Assembly: GCA_050015395.1 (NCBI GenBank) | Contig: JBEKBM010000004.1 | Coordinates: 63,265 to 127,264, forward strand | Reading direction: 5' to 3' | Length of the DNA stretch: 64,000 bases | DNA from: Candidatus Bathyarchaeia archaeon | Lineage (GTDB): Archaea > Thermoproteota > Bathyarchaeia > Bathyarchaeales > Bathycorpusculaceae | Part shown: in pieces, positions 20,882 through 30,333 of the stretch | Layout of the letters: each line of letters starts with the position of its first letter | Numbering within the stretch: the first letter of the stretch is position 1 | Program-made: the position numbers and the translations under genes | Notes under the pieces: model-generated | The model's database searches: none | The model's input: only the letters and a program-made list of their open reading frames with translations | Told to the model about the DNA's origin: nothing

Positions 20882-21561
20882 GCCACTCGCCTTATCGTAC
20901 CAAACCCTTTCGAAACACTCTTTCCCAACCCTATAAAATCTGGAAGATCAACATTCAAACAGAAACGGGCAACGAAAGCCTCGAACGGATTACCATGGGC
21001 TTTTACACATAACGGCCTAAACATGGTGATTTGAGAATTAATGTGGTAGGTTACGAAAATGCCCAAACCTTTAAGGCAACTTAACGTATTTCCCACCAGT
21101 ATTTTCTCTAAGAACCCTTTTTGCTGCTCTTTATCCATAACCGTAAATGTAGCATAATTTTTCTCATTTAACGGAATCCAAGGCGTTACGAACTCGTAGA
21201 AACAGGTCCTGCTACAGACAGGCCAAGTTTGCAGTTCAATCTCTTTACTATTAACCTCAAAAGTCCCTTGCACGGTTGAGACCGTATCAATTGACGCCAG
21301 TTTATTCATCAAGACATTGGCGTAATCCTGAAGACCTACCACCATCAGTTCGCCATTAACCCGTTTGTACTGGATGAGCGGATAATGATAAGACCGCTCA
21401 GAATGATGATGAAACTCGGCGTCATCAACAAAAAGGTTACCGCAAAAACCCCTCAACTTAACTGATGAAATACAAGAAGCATCATCTACGAAATGCAGTT
21501 TCACCCTGCAAATCTTGACTGACTGATCTTTTTTAGCAACTGAAACATCAGGTTTACTCAC
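20878..21561 (-). CDS. cas6: CRISPR endoribonuclease Cas6 (Cas6b-like)
   Basis: YPLIQYK, TPWIPLN, GLGKSVSKGFG glycine-rich loop. Confidence 0.92.
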   Translation of the reverse strand: MSKPDVSVAKKDQSVKICRVKLHFVDDASCISSVKLRGFCGNLFVDDAEFHHHSERSYHYPLIQYKRVNGELMVVGLQDYANVLMNKLASIDTVSTVQGTFEVNSKEIELQTWPVCSRTCFYEFVTPWIPLNEKNYATFTVMDKEQQKGFLEKILVGNTLSCLKGLGIFVTYHINSQITMFRPLCVKAHGNPFEAFVARFCLNVDLPDFIGLGKSVSKGFGTIRRVA

Positions 21562-23833
21562 GAGCTTTCACCCATTTATCAAGCCCTATAACCGGATCGT
21601 AAACTTTGGAAACACACTCTTTCTTAGGCAAAAGAACCCCTATATTAAACAAGTCATCATCAAACTGGTCCATCAATTTTAGCCCTTCAACTGTCCCAGG
21701 CAACTCTGCCATAAAACCTGAAAACCGTTTATACAACGCACCCTTACTATCAAAAGAACCTGAAGACAAGAACCGCGACTTCACTTCATCCCACTCCGAC
21801 AAGTCGGGTATAAAAACAGAATCACCCAACTCCACAGGCAAAACATGACTTTTAATGAAAGCCCAAACATCCTCAAACTCAAGCCGCTTCATACTAGAAC
21901 TCAACTCGTCAGCCAATTTACTATTAAGTTTGTTACTTTCGCTAACTTTGCGGTAATACTCAGGTAAACGCTCATACAAATCAACCGACGAATGCAACTG
22001 TGGAATCAACCGTTTAGAAAGGTTCATTTCAAGTTCACTATAGGGTCTATAATCATCATCCAAATCAAAAACCGTCAAAACAGGTTCAGCCACCTCACCT
22101 TCCCGACTAAGACGCCCCATTGCCTGAACAATATTATCTAACGGGGCCACCTCTCGATACATTCGAGTGAAGCTCACATCAACACCAGCCTCCATAACTT
22201 GCGTTGAAACAACAGTTGCAGTACCAGAACTATGAAGATCCTCAACAGCCTTCTTCCTTGCGCACTTCTTAATACCGCTTGATAAGTAAACCACATCAGA
22301 TTTAAGCCGCGATATATCCTCGTAGAGTTTACAAGCTTTCCGCCGAGTATTAACCATAAAAAGTACGCGCTCATCACTCCCGAGAACAGGCACCTCCAAT
22401 GAAACATCAAAACCTGCCTTAAACTCGATCCGTTTAGAAGTCAACCGCAAATAATTATCCTTCACTTCGTCTGGAGTATTCAACATTGGCAAACCATTAA
22501 CTTCTTGAGGCACAGTAGCACTAACTAAAAGAATCGTTGAATTGTACTTGTCAACAAGCACCCTAAACAAAGAGAGAAGATTGGGAAGCAAAAACTTCGG
22601 AATCGTCTGAACCTCATCTATAATCAAAAAAGAATTTTTAAAAGCAAGAAGCTTCTCCTTATCAGCCGGCTCATTCGAATAAAGCACCATCAATAATCTC
22701 TGCGTCGTTGAAACAATCAATTCTCTATTAAAAGACTCAACTTCAAAATATTCACGGGTTTTCCTAAAACCCGCTTCTTCCTCGTCACTTACCACTCCAC
22801 TGGTTTTTTTAAGAAGACTCCCAACAAAAGCATGATTATATATCAAAACTTTTTCCAAGTCTTTTTGCTTAAGAACAGCTTCAACCTCATTTTTGCCAAA
22901 AAGCTTAGCTTCAAAATCTTCAGTAAGCGCTAACAGTGGAGAAAAATAAAATACTCTTTCAAACACCCTCTTCTGCGAAAGACGGTTAACTATATCAAGA
23001 AAAATCTTTGTCTTACCTATTCCTGTAGGCGCCTTCAAAACCATCAATCTATCCTCAAACTCATTTTGAGAAAGAACTTTTTCTTGAAAAGCCCCCCTAA
23101 GAGCAGACAAATAACCACTTTTCACTAAAACGCTTGTGTCAAAGTTAATATTGAAAGCAGGATTTTTCCAATCAAAAAAACTGCCACGGTCAGCTAGAAT
23201 AAGCGCCGAATACACCGCGGAAAAATCCAAAAAATCCATCGGAGCAACCACCTTGTTTTCAGCCTCAAAGCCATCCTCATTTTGGGGTTTACTCAAACGT
23301 TTGAATCTCTTAAGACATAAATCCCAATCTAAACCTCTAAAATCCTCAAGTGCACTAACCTCTTGAATGAACCTCTGCAGGTTAACCCCGACGCCCTCAA
23401 AACTTTTATCAAAACGGCGTTTGTCTTTGTTACAATACTCCAAGCTCTTATAAAACTGCGTAAGCTTAGAATGATGACCCGATACAGCAAATAACACCTG
23501 CATCCAACCCTGCCGTGTTAAAACCTCATTATTACTTAACCCGTAAGCGGCTAAAGCCGAAAAAATCGCGTGAGCCCTTACATAATTTCTATCGACTCCA
23601 ATTTTCACGTTTTCACGACTTGACGGATCACTTGAAAAAAGTTCTTGATAGTACGGGTTAAGTTTTCCAACATCATGAAGTAAACCCGCATAAAAAGCAG
23701 GATCACCAAGACCTATGCTTGAAGCTATTTCCCGCGCGCCTTTTGCTGTTTTTAAAGAATGAGCGATCAGCCCTGAACCTTCAATCTCTTTAGGACGAGC
23801 ATAGAAACTGTCAAAAGCAACCAAGCATCTCAA
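21554..23833 (-). CDS. cas3: Cas3 HD nuclease-helicase
   Basis: LLHDVGK, APTGIGKT, DEVQ, SAT, TQVMEAGVD. Confidence 0.95.
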   Translation of the reverse strand: MRCLVAFDSFYARPKEIEGSGLIAHSLKTAKGAREIASSIGLGDPAFYAGLLHDVGKLNPYYQELFSSDPSSRENVKIGVDRNYVRAHAIFSALAAYGLSNNEVLTRQGWMQVLFAVSGHHSKLTQFYKSLEYCNKDKRRFDKSFEGVGVNLQRFIQEVSALEDFRGLDWDLCLKRFKRLSKPQNEDGFEAENKVVAPMDFLDFSAVYSALILADRGSFFDWKNPAFNINFDTSVLVKSGYLSALRGAFQEKVLSQNEFEDRLMVLKAPTGIGKTKIFLDIVNRLSQKRVFERVFYFSPLLALTEDFEAKLFGKNEVEAVLKQKDLEKVLIYNHAFVGSLLKKTSGVVSDEEEAGFRKTREYFEVESFNRELIVSTTQRLLMVLYSNEPADKEKLLAFKNSFLIIDEVQTIPKFLLPNLLSLFRVLVDKYNSTILLVSATVPQEVNGLPMLNTPDEVKDNYLRLTSKRIEFKAGFDVSLEVPVLGSDERVLFMVNTRRKACKLYEDISRLKSDVVYLSSGIKKCARKKAVEDLHSSGTATVVSTQVMEAGVDVSFTRMYREVAPLDNIVQAMGRLSREGEVAEPVLTVFDLDDDYRPYSELEMNLSKRLIPQLHSSVDLYERLPEYYRKVSESNKLNSKLADELSSSMKRLEFEDVWAFIKSHVLPVELGDSVFIPDLSEWDEVKSRFLSSGSFDSKGALYKRFSGFMAELPGTVEGLKLMDQFDDDLFNIGVLLPKKECVSKVYDPVIGLDKWVKARE

Positions 23834-23854
23834 GTCCCAAGAAAAAAGGGGTTC

Positions 23855-24625
23855 CTAATAGAGACATAAAACTTCCTCAGAATCATCAAAGGCATAAAAC
23901 CTTGCTAAAGATAACTGCGAATAAAAAGAAGATAACCGAACGCAAGAACAGATAGAATTCACAGGAACAGGTATGAAATGACGCAGCACTGTTCTTTTCA
24001 GTGAATCACCCTTAAAGTAATGGTGAAGATGTCGCTCAACAAAAACTCTAGCGGGTAACCCATCCGTTTCATCAAATTTAACCCCTGAATTTCCACCCTT
24101 AGACTCCACAACCTCATCTAAAAAGACTGCTGAAACAAGTCGGTCGAAAGGCTCAACTTCTTTCACATTATCAATTTTATGAAAACGGGGAATTCTCGCT
24201 GGGCAATACGAATGACCCAGAGTTGGCGAAAAAACAAAGTTGTTACCTTTAAGTCGTTCAAGCAGCACTTGGTTCACCTCATTTGTAGACTTGACAAAAA
24301 TAGTATAGTGAGGGGCAACCAGAAGCTCTGTCTTGAAAGGTTTTGTTTTTGCCTCTTTTAGCGAACGATGATTTGTGAAGAAAGTCCACTTCACCGGTTG
24401 ACTTCTAACTTTGATTCCAATTGCAGTTTTTTTCAGCAGATCGATATAACTTTCGCAGTAAATATCGTCAAATATCGAGTTGGACCTTCTGATACCTAAC
24501 AAGGCGCCTATCAAGCCGATTACTGCGCTTTTTGACGGTATGACAGTTACAGTTTGGTTTGTGGTAACCGATGGGTCTTTGAAGGCTGCGAAGTCTCCTT
24601 CAAGGTCGAAGGAGACAATACTCAA
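23855..24625 (-). CDS. cas5: Cas5
   Basis: GDFAAFK...IPSKSAVIGLIGALLG; PTLG. Confidence 0.92.
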   Translation of the reverse strand: MSIVSFDLEGDFAAFKDPSVTTNQTVTVIPSKSAVIGLIGALLGIRRSNSIFDDIYCESYIDLLKKTAIGIKVRSQPVKWTFFTNHRSLKEAKTKPFKTELLVAPHYTIFVKSTNEVNQVLLERLKGNNFVFSPTLGHSYCPARIPRFHKIDNVKEVEPFDRLVSAVFLDEVVESKGGNSGVKFDETDGLPARVFVERHLHHYFKGDSLKRTVLRHFIPVPVNSICSCVRLSSFYSQLSLARFYAFDDSEEVLCLY

Positions 24626-25635
24626 TTGGGCGCTTCCTCCGTTTTGATCAGTTCAACAGGAATGTTCAACTTTTCAATGCTTTTTATTAACTGCGAAGTA
24701 TCCTTCAACAACTCTCTGCAGCAAGCTATCCGTATGTTTTTCACTTTTCCCTTACGAGCCGACAACGCATCGATCAGCTTCTCGAACCGCAATGGAGAAC
24801 TCGTCAGACTGCTAACTTTTTCTTTAAGTGCAGGGTCTTCTTCTACCAAAATCGGCAAGTCATTATAGATAGCGGAATCATAAGTCACTTCCAGCAGAAA
24901 TATGCTCCTTTGAGGAAATTTCGACCGAGTAATTAATGCGTTTGTTCCTTCCCAAAGACAGGAAACAAGCTTTTCTTCTGCTTTTTTGAAGCTTGCTAAA
25001 ACTTCTGTGTCCTCTAAATATTGTCCGAGATTCATTGGGTTTACTGCGCCATGTATTTTTATTAATGCGTAATCTACAGCGTAAAACTTCCCAAATGTGC
25101 TGAATTGTTCCTCTTTCTGCGTGTCACCTTGGGCGTCAACTTTTTCGCTCTTTCTCTCTTTTCCGACAAACCTGCCAGTAATCATCGGATTCAATATTTG
25201 TACTTGGTTGATGCTTCTGCCTATGGCGAATTGGACAGGACCCGTTAGCTTCTGAGAGCTGCCCTTGCCCTTATCATTCCTAATTGTAACCAGTCCACCG
25301 AATAAGGGTACATCAAACGTTTTACAAGCTAATCCTTTTATGACGTCATCATTCGATTCATCCTTTAGGATTTCTCTTGCTCTGTCATCGGCGGTAACAG
25401 CCTTGCCATCCTTATCGAAATCTACGAAAAGTGTATAACCATATTCGTTTTTTGCATAATCCCGAATTGTGCGTTTGATTCTAACGTCTGTGACCATTAT
25501 TGTTCCATCTGACATCAATCTTGGTTGATTTTCGAAGCCAGGATCACCATTCGGATTATTCCTCGATTCATAATAGAATAGTACTTCTTTTTTAAGATTT
25601 TTTAAACCATTTTCTTTATTTTTTGTCATGTCCAT
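24622..25635 (-). CDS. cas7: Cas7 (Csh2, type I-B)
   Basis: NPNGDP..ENQPR, TDVRIKRTIRDY, DVPLFG, TGPVQF. Confidence 0.95.
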   Translation of the reverse strand: MDMTKNKENGLKNLKKEVLFYYESRNNPNGDPGFENQPRLMSDGTIMVTDVRIKRTIRDYAKNEYGYTLFVDFDKDGKAVTADDRAREILKDESNDDVIKGLACKTFDVPLFGGLVTIRNDKGKGSSQKLTGPVQFAIGRSINQVQILNPMITGRFVGKERKSEKVDAQGDTQKEEQFSTFGKFYAVDYALIKIHGAVNPMNLGQYLEDTEVLASFKKAEEKLVSCLWEGTNALITRSKFPQRSIFLLEVTYDSAIYNDLPILVEEDPALKEKVSSLTSSPLRFEKLIDALSARKGKVKNIRIACCRELLKDTSQLIKSIEKLNIPVELIKTEEAPN

Positions 25636-25645
25636 TCACCTTTTG

Positions 25646-25963
25646 TTAGAGATTCTCGAAAACTCCTTTGTAGAAGAAATAAGAGTAATCTTCATGCGCT
25701 TTCGCATCGTCGATTTCATCGATCGGTATATCCTTTTTTATTATTTGTGTAATGCTATCTGATCGGTTGACATCAGCGGCTTTAGAGAGCGAAATGCCCA
25801 AGCTCACTCGCGAATAGACAAATCTGAGCTTCTCTCTGTCATACTTTGAATAGGTCAAAATGTCATTCGTTGAGTTATTCGCTTCTTTGGCGTCTCGCTT
25901 AAATTTTACATATTTTCCAGCAATGAGTCCAATTTTATACGCATATTCTTCATTTTTGTTCAT
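25646..25963 (-). CDS. cas11: Putative internally translated Cas11 (105 aa) within cas8
   Basis: In-frame ATG preceded by AAGGGATTAGTT; product MNKNEEYAYKIGLIAG...YFFYKGVFENL. Confidence 0.55.
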   Translation of the reverse strand: MNKNEEYAYKIGLIAGKYVKFKRDAKEANNSTNDILTYSKYDREKLRFVYSRVSLGISLSKAADVNRSDSITQIIKKDIPIDEIDDAKAHEDYSYFFYKGVFENL

Positions 25964-27439
25964 AACTAATCCCTTTTTTCCATCATGAGTTAATAGCTTC
26001 AAACAAAACTGGGCAGTTTCGAAGAATTCCTGTTTCGTTTTTTTCTCCTTTTCAGCGCCCTTTATCCAATCCCAAAGATAATTTTCCCTTATTATAATTA
26101 AATAGTGTTGGAGCAAAACAGCTCGATCAAAAAAGGTGCCCGTCATGAAACACCTTATGGCCATAAGATAATCTGTCCATATAATGTCGTTTTTTCTTTT
26201 TATAATGAGGGATTCTAACGCCTTAGGATGCCATAAAAAATTATCCTGAGCGCTGCTAAACATTTCCTTCATTTGATCAAAAGTCAGGTTTTCATCAAGA
26301 AGCACTTCAAGCTTAGCTTGTGCTGCTTTAACGCATATAATCTTCATATTCGATGCACGGCTGGCAGATACTCCTGGTCGACTGGACAGAAGCTTGTAAT
26401 TGCTGAGAAGTTGGTCGTATATTCCAGCTCCCTTTTTTTCAAATTGAAATTCTGGGACATTAATATCAAGAAAATACCAAGTCAAACCCGATATGTCAAA
26501 TCTGCTATCCGATGGCATATTTATCTTTGGGAAGGACTGATTACCTATGCCTAGATTCTGGTAGAAATCTTTGCCCGTTTTACAATTAAGGGTAAACGCT
26601 TGGTCGTCAAAGGAAACAAACTTTGCGTTTATAGTAGTCTTTGAGGGAAAATCTGTTGCAGAAGTCCCAAAAGAATCCTCGAACTCTTGAGTCAAAACGA
26701 CATCTGCGCGCGCATCACAGCGGTATTCAATTTTCAACTCATCCGACACAAGCGAATAAGGCAATACAACTATGCGGAATCGGATATTTCCCCAAAAGTC
26801 CTTGAGTTCTTCGCACATTTTTTTCGCTTGCCAGAATGATGCAAAGGCGCCGCAAACTTTGAAAAAAAGCTCAGAAGTCAGTGCACCATCAGCATTTACA
26901 ATCCCGGCTTCGCTATAAATTTCAAAGAGATTTTTATCTCGCACAAAGTAGTTCTTCTTATCTAATCTCAAGACTAAAGAATCTGCTTTAGATGCTGATT
27001 CCTCTTTGTTATTTTCGCAGTCGAAGAGGTATTCAAAGGAAGGCTTGTTTGTTTCGTCTTTATTCTTTTCCCCTTGAACAGAGATTTGTAGTTTCCCTTT
27101 CCTGTAAACGCCATAAAATTCTACATACGGTTTCTTAGATGCAGCTCCAGTAGCCCTATTGGGGAGACCAACTGATTCCAAATAATTTAAAGGCATAGAA
27201 AGAGTTTTACGGAAAGAATCATTTTGCTTTGGTTCATCACCGTAATCCTCTAAAGATTTTGGGTCTAACTGAAGAGTTACGGCACCATCAACTTTAACAA
27301 ACACTTTTTTTATTGGAACAATTCTCTTTATAGTTTCGTCTGTGTTTTTCTGATTTTTTAGGAAGAGTTCGTAAGCAAGCATTCGGATTTCTCTGGAAAT
27401 TAGCTTGGATAGCGTATCTCTTCGAACAGTATTTAACAC
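25646..27439 (-). CDS. cas8: Cas8-like large subunit (divergent Cas8b); likely start ATG 27382
   Basis: First gene of the cascade operon, about 580-600 aa, helical C-terminus ending YFFYKGVF; TTAAATA box inside the annotated 5' end. Confidence 0.75.
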   Translation of the reverse strand: MLNTVRRDTLSKLISREIRMLAYELFLKNQKNTDETIKRIVPIKKVFVKVDGAVTLQLDPKSLEDYGDEPKQNDSFRKTLSMPLNYLESVGLPNRATGAASKKPYVEFYGVYRKGKLQISVQGEKNKDETNKPSFEYLFDCENNKEESASKADSLVLRLDKKNYFVRDKNLFEIYSEAGIVNADGALTSELFFKVCGAFASFWQAKKMCEELKDFWGNIRFRIVVLPYSLVSDELKIEYRCDARADVVLTQEFEDSFGTSATDFPSKTTINAKFVSFDDQAFTLNCKTGKDFYQNLGIGNQSFPKINMPSDSRFDISGLTWYFLDINVPEFQFEKKGAGIYDQLLSNYKLLSSRPGVSASRASNMKIICVKAAQAKLEVLLDENLTFDQMKEMFSSAQDNFLWHPKALESLIIKRKNDIIWTDYLMAIRCFMTGTFFDRAVLLQHYLIIIRENYLWDWIKGAEKEKKTKQEFFETAQFCLKLLTHDGKKGLVMNKNEEYAYKIGLIAGKYVKFKRDAKEANNSTNDILTYSKYDREKLRFVYSRVSLGISLSKAADVNRSDSITQIIKKDIPIDEIDDAKAHEDYSYFFYKGVFENL

Positions 27440-27728
27440 TTTCTTAGGCAGATGGGCACCTAGTGCTCTCAGTTTGCAGCGTTTATTACGAAGGATTCTG
27501 TAACGATGCGTGGCACAGCAATAAAGTCCATGTTAAAAGTAAGCTTATTCGACATGTAAAACAGCTTAATTCATGTTGAAAGTGCGGGAATTAATTCTAT
27601 GTTGAACTGTGTTGAATCATAGTTGGCGTCTATTAGGCTCATCTAGTAGACCGAGGGGGTAGGCTGTGAGAGAGCACACACACAAATACCCTATCTAAGC
27701 CGTAATCTCCCGCCAAGTTAACAGGACC

Positions 27729-28424
27729 TTATTCGAGTATTATTCTTGCGTCGACTGTTTTTGCGCCTTTCTGGTAAGCCATCACTGGGTTCAGGTCTAG
27801 CTCTTTGATTTCAGGGTTATCCATGACGAGGCGTGAAGTGGCGATTAGTATGCTTATTAGGGCGTCGATGTCTGCGGGCGGCGTGTTTCTGTAACCCTTC
27901 AGAAGCGGATAAGCCTTAAGTTCAGTAATCATTTCCTTCGCATCATCCGCGGTTATGGGTGCAATCCTGAAGCTTACGTCTTTGAGGATTTCAACAAATA
28001 TCCCGCCTAAACCGAACATTACTGTTTGTCCAAACTGGGGGTCTTTGATGGCTCCAACGATGACTTCGGTTGACTGCGGCGCCATTTCCTGCACTAAAAC
28101 GCCGACGATTTTTGCGTCGGCATAGTATTTTTTAACGTTTTCCAAGATTTTTTTGTAGGCGTCGGTGACTTCGGCTGGGTTTTTCAGGTTAACGATGACG
28201 CCTCCAGCGTCGGATTTGTGGATTACGTCTGGCGAAACAATCTTTAATACAACAGGGTACCCGATTTCGCAGGCGTATTCTGCTGCTTCATTTTCGTTTA
28301 ATGCCACTTTGAATTTGGTAACTGGAATGCCATAGTCCACGCAGACGGTTTTGGCTTCAGGTTCAAGAAGCGCTTTTCTGCCTTCTTTTTTCGCTTGGTT
28401 AATGATTTTTGAGGTCTGATTCAA
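27729..28424 (-). CDS. acdB: Acetate-CoA ligase (ADP-forming) beta subunit
   Basis: YPVVLKIVSPDVIHKSDAGGV, DPQFG, ELDLNP, VDAR. Confidence 0.92.
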   Translation of the reverse strand: MNQTSKIINQAKKEGRKALLEPEAKTVCVDYGIPVTKFKVALNENEAAEYACEIGYPVVLKIVSPDVIHKSDAGGVIVNLKNPAEVTDAYKKILENVKKYYADAKIVGVLVQEMAPQSTEVIVGAIKDPQFGQTVMFGLGGIFVEILKDVSFRIAPITADDAKEMITELKAYPLLKGYRNTPPADIDALISILIATSRLVMDNPEIKELDLNPVMAYQKGAKTVDARIILE

Positions 28425-28593
28425 GTTATTTTACTTCCATTGACGTTTCTGTGTATGACATGTCTTATTGGTTTAAAATTGTTTTGATAGCCGATGACTT
28501 TTGGATGATGATTACTCTTGCTTATTTATTGTCGTTGTGTTCAACACTTCAACATTAGTATGTATTGAGACGTAATATTTAATAAGCGTTGAC

Positions 28594-30333
28594 ATGAATC
28601 CTGAATACAGACCAACAATGCCAAAGCAAAGCCTCAAACAAAAACTCAAAGAATCCATCACCAAGCTACGACCCACTCGAAATGCAAACAAAACACCCAG
28701 CCAAACATCAACAGAAAGCAAACCAAGCAGTAATAAAAGATTCAATCTTCCAAAAATCAATCTAGGTTCCAAAAAGAAAACGCCAGAGCCAGAAATTCCC
28801 TCAGTAGCCAAATCCTTACCAAAAGGGATCAAAATAGCCGACAAATACCCCTTGTACGAGCCGTTCTCCCAGGTTGTAATAGTTCAAGACCCCAAAACAG
28901 GCGAATACAAGTATGTTCTTGATGAGCTACAGCTTGATCCACTGGAACGAGGCATATACAATCGCATCCTAGACATGCTGCTCGCCGAAATTGAGTCACC
29001 AAAAGACCAAATAAAGGACCCAAGAAAATTCTTCGCTCAAGAAGCCAAAAAAATAGTGGATAAATACCGCATTAGCCTCGGCTGGTTACCCGATGTTTCA
29101 TGGTACAAAATCATCTACCACGCAGAACGTGATCTCGTCGGCTACGGCAAAATCGATTCATTAATGCGCGACCCAAACATAGAAGACATTTCATGCGACG
29201 GAGTAAACAGGCCACTTTACATTTGGCACCGAACCTTCGAAAGCATAGAAACCAACGTTCAATTTGAAAGCGATGAAGTCCTCGACAACATGGTAGGCAA
29301 ACTTGTTCACATGGCTGGAAAACACGTCAGCTCCGCCTTCCCAATAGTTGACGCTTCTCTTCCCGGTAAACATAGATTAGCTGTGCTTTACAGGCGAGAA
29401 ATCACACCTTTCGGAACAGCTTTTACGATCCGAAAGTTCCGAGATGACCCCTACTCAATAATAGATTTAATCAATATAGGCACATTCACTGAAGAACTGG
29501 CAGCCTACCTATGGATTTGCCTAGAAAACCGCGCCTCCATCATGATTCTCGGTGGAACAGCAGCAGGCAAAACCACCGCATTAAACGCCTTAGCCTGCCT
29601 AATCAAACCGGGAAGCAAAATCGTCACAATAGAAGAAACCGCCGAGTTAAACTTGTCCGCTGAAAACTGGGTTTCACTCATTTCACGTCAAAGCTATGGT
29701 TTAGGCGGAAGCAGCGTCGGTGAAGTACCCCTCTTTGATCTTGTTAAAGCTTCTATGCGTCACCGCCCTGACATGTTAATCGTAGGCGAGGTGAGAGGTC
29801 AAGAAGCGTACGTTCTCTTCCAAGCCTTAGCCACAGGTCACGGCGGCATGTGCACCATGCACGCTGAAGACTTGGATTCAGCAGTAAAACGGTTAACCCA
29901 GAAACCCATGGAAATTTCTCCAGCATATATTCCATTAATGAACGTAGTCATATCCGTGCAGCGAGTGCACCTAGTCAAGAACGGAGTAAAAAAAGCTTAC
30001 AGGCGCATACTTTCCACTAACGAAATTGTCAACTTTGAAAATTATCTAAATATCTTCCGATGGGATCCAAACGCCGACCTACAAATAGCTTCTCCGGAAA
30101 ATAGCGTATTGTTATCATCTGTTTCCAAACGGTTGGGAGTGACAACACAAGATTTACTCGAAGAAATGAAAAGACGCAGTAATGTTCTGCACTGGATGCG
30201 GCAACAAAAAATCAGAAGCTACAAAGAAGTAGCATCAATAATTGCAGAATACTACGCAAGACCAAAAGAATTCTACCAAAAAATCCGCGCAAACGAGGAG
30301 GTAAAAATAGTTGCCGCTTCTAGAGAAATTTGA
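28594..30333 (+). CDS. Type IV pilus/archaellum-family assembly ATPase
   Basis: GGTAAGKTT, IEETAEL, RHRPD..VGEVRG, TGHGGMCTMH. Confidence 0.95.
   Translation: MNPEYRPTMPKQSLKQKLKESITKLRPTRNANKTPSQTSTESKPSSNKRFNLPKINLGSKKKTPEPEIPSVAKSLPKGIKIADKYPLYEPFSQVVIVQDPKTGEYKYVLDELQLDPLERGIYNRILDMLLAEIESPKDQIKDPRKFFAQEAKKIVDKYRISLGWLPDVSWYKIIYHAERDLVGYGKIDSLMRDPNIEDISCDGVNRPLYIWHRTFESIETNVQFESDEVLDNMVGKLVHMAGKHVSSAFPIVDASLPGKHRLAVLYRREITPFGTAFTIRKFRDDPYSIIDLINIGTFTEELAAYLWICLENRASIMILGGTAAGKTTALNALACLIKPGSKIVTIEETAELNLSAENWVSLISRQSYGLGGSSVGEVPLFDLVKASMRHRPDMLIVGEVRGQEAYVLFQALATGHGGMCTMHAEDLDSAVKRLTQKPMEISPAYIPLMNVVISVQRVHLVKNGVKKAYRRILSTNEIVNFENYLNIFRWDPNADLQIASPENSVLLSSVSKRLGVTTQDLLEEMKRRSNVLHWMRQQKIRSYKEVASIIAEYYARPKEFYQKIRANEEVKIVAASREI

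Noticed and set aside
27440-27728. CreTA-like mini-array upstream of cas8
   Set aside because: Only fragments (GTCCA, TTGAAAG) resemble the repeat; no repeat-spacer-repeat unit
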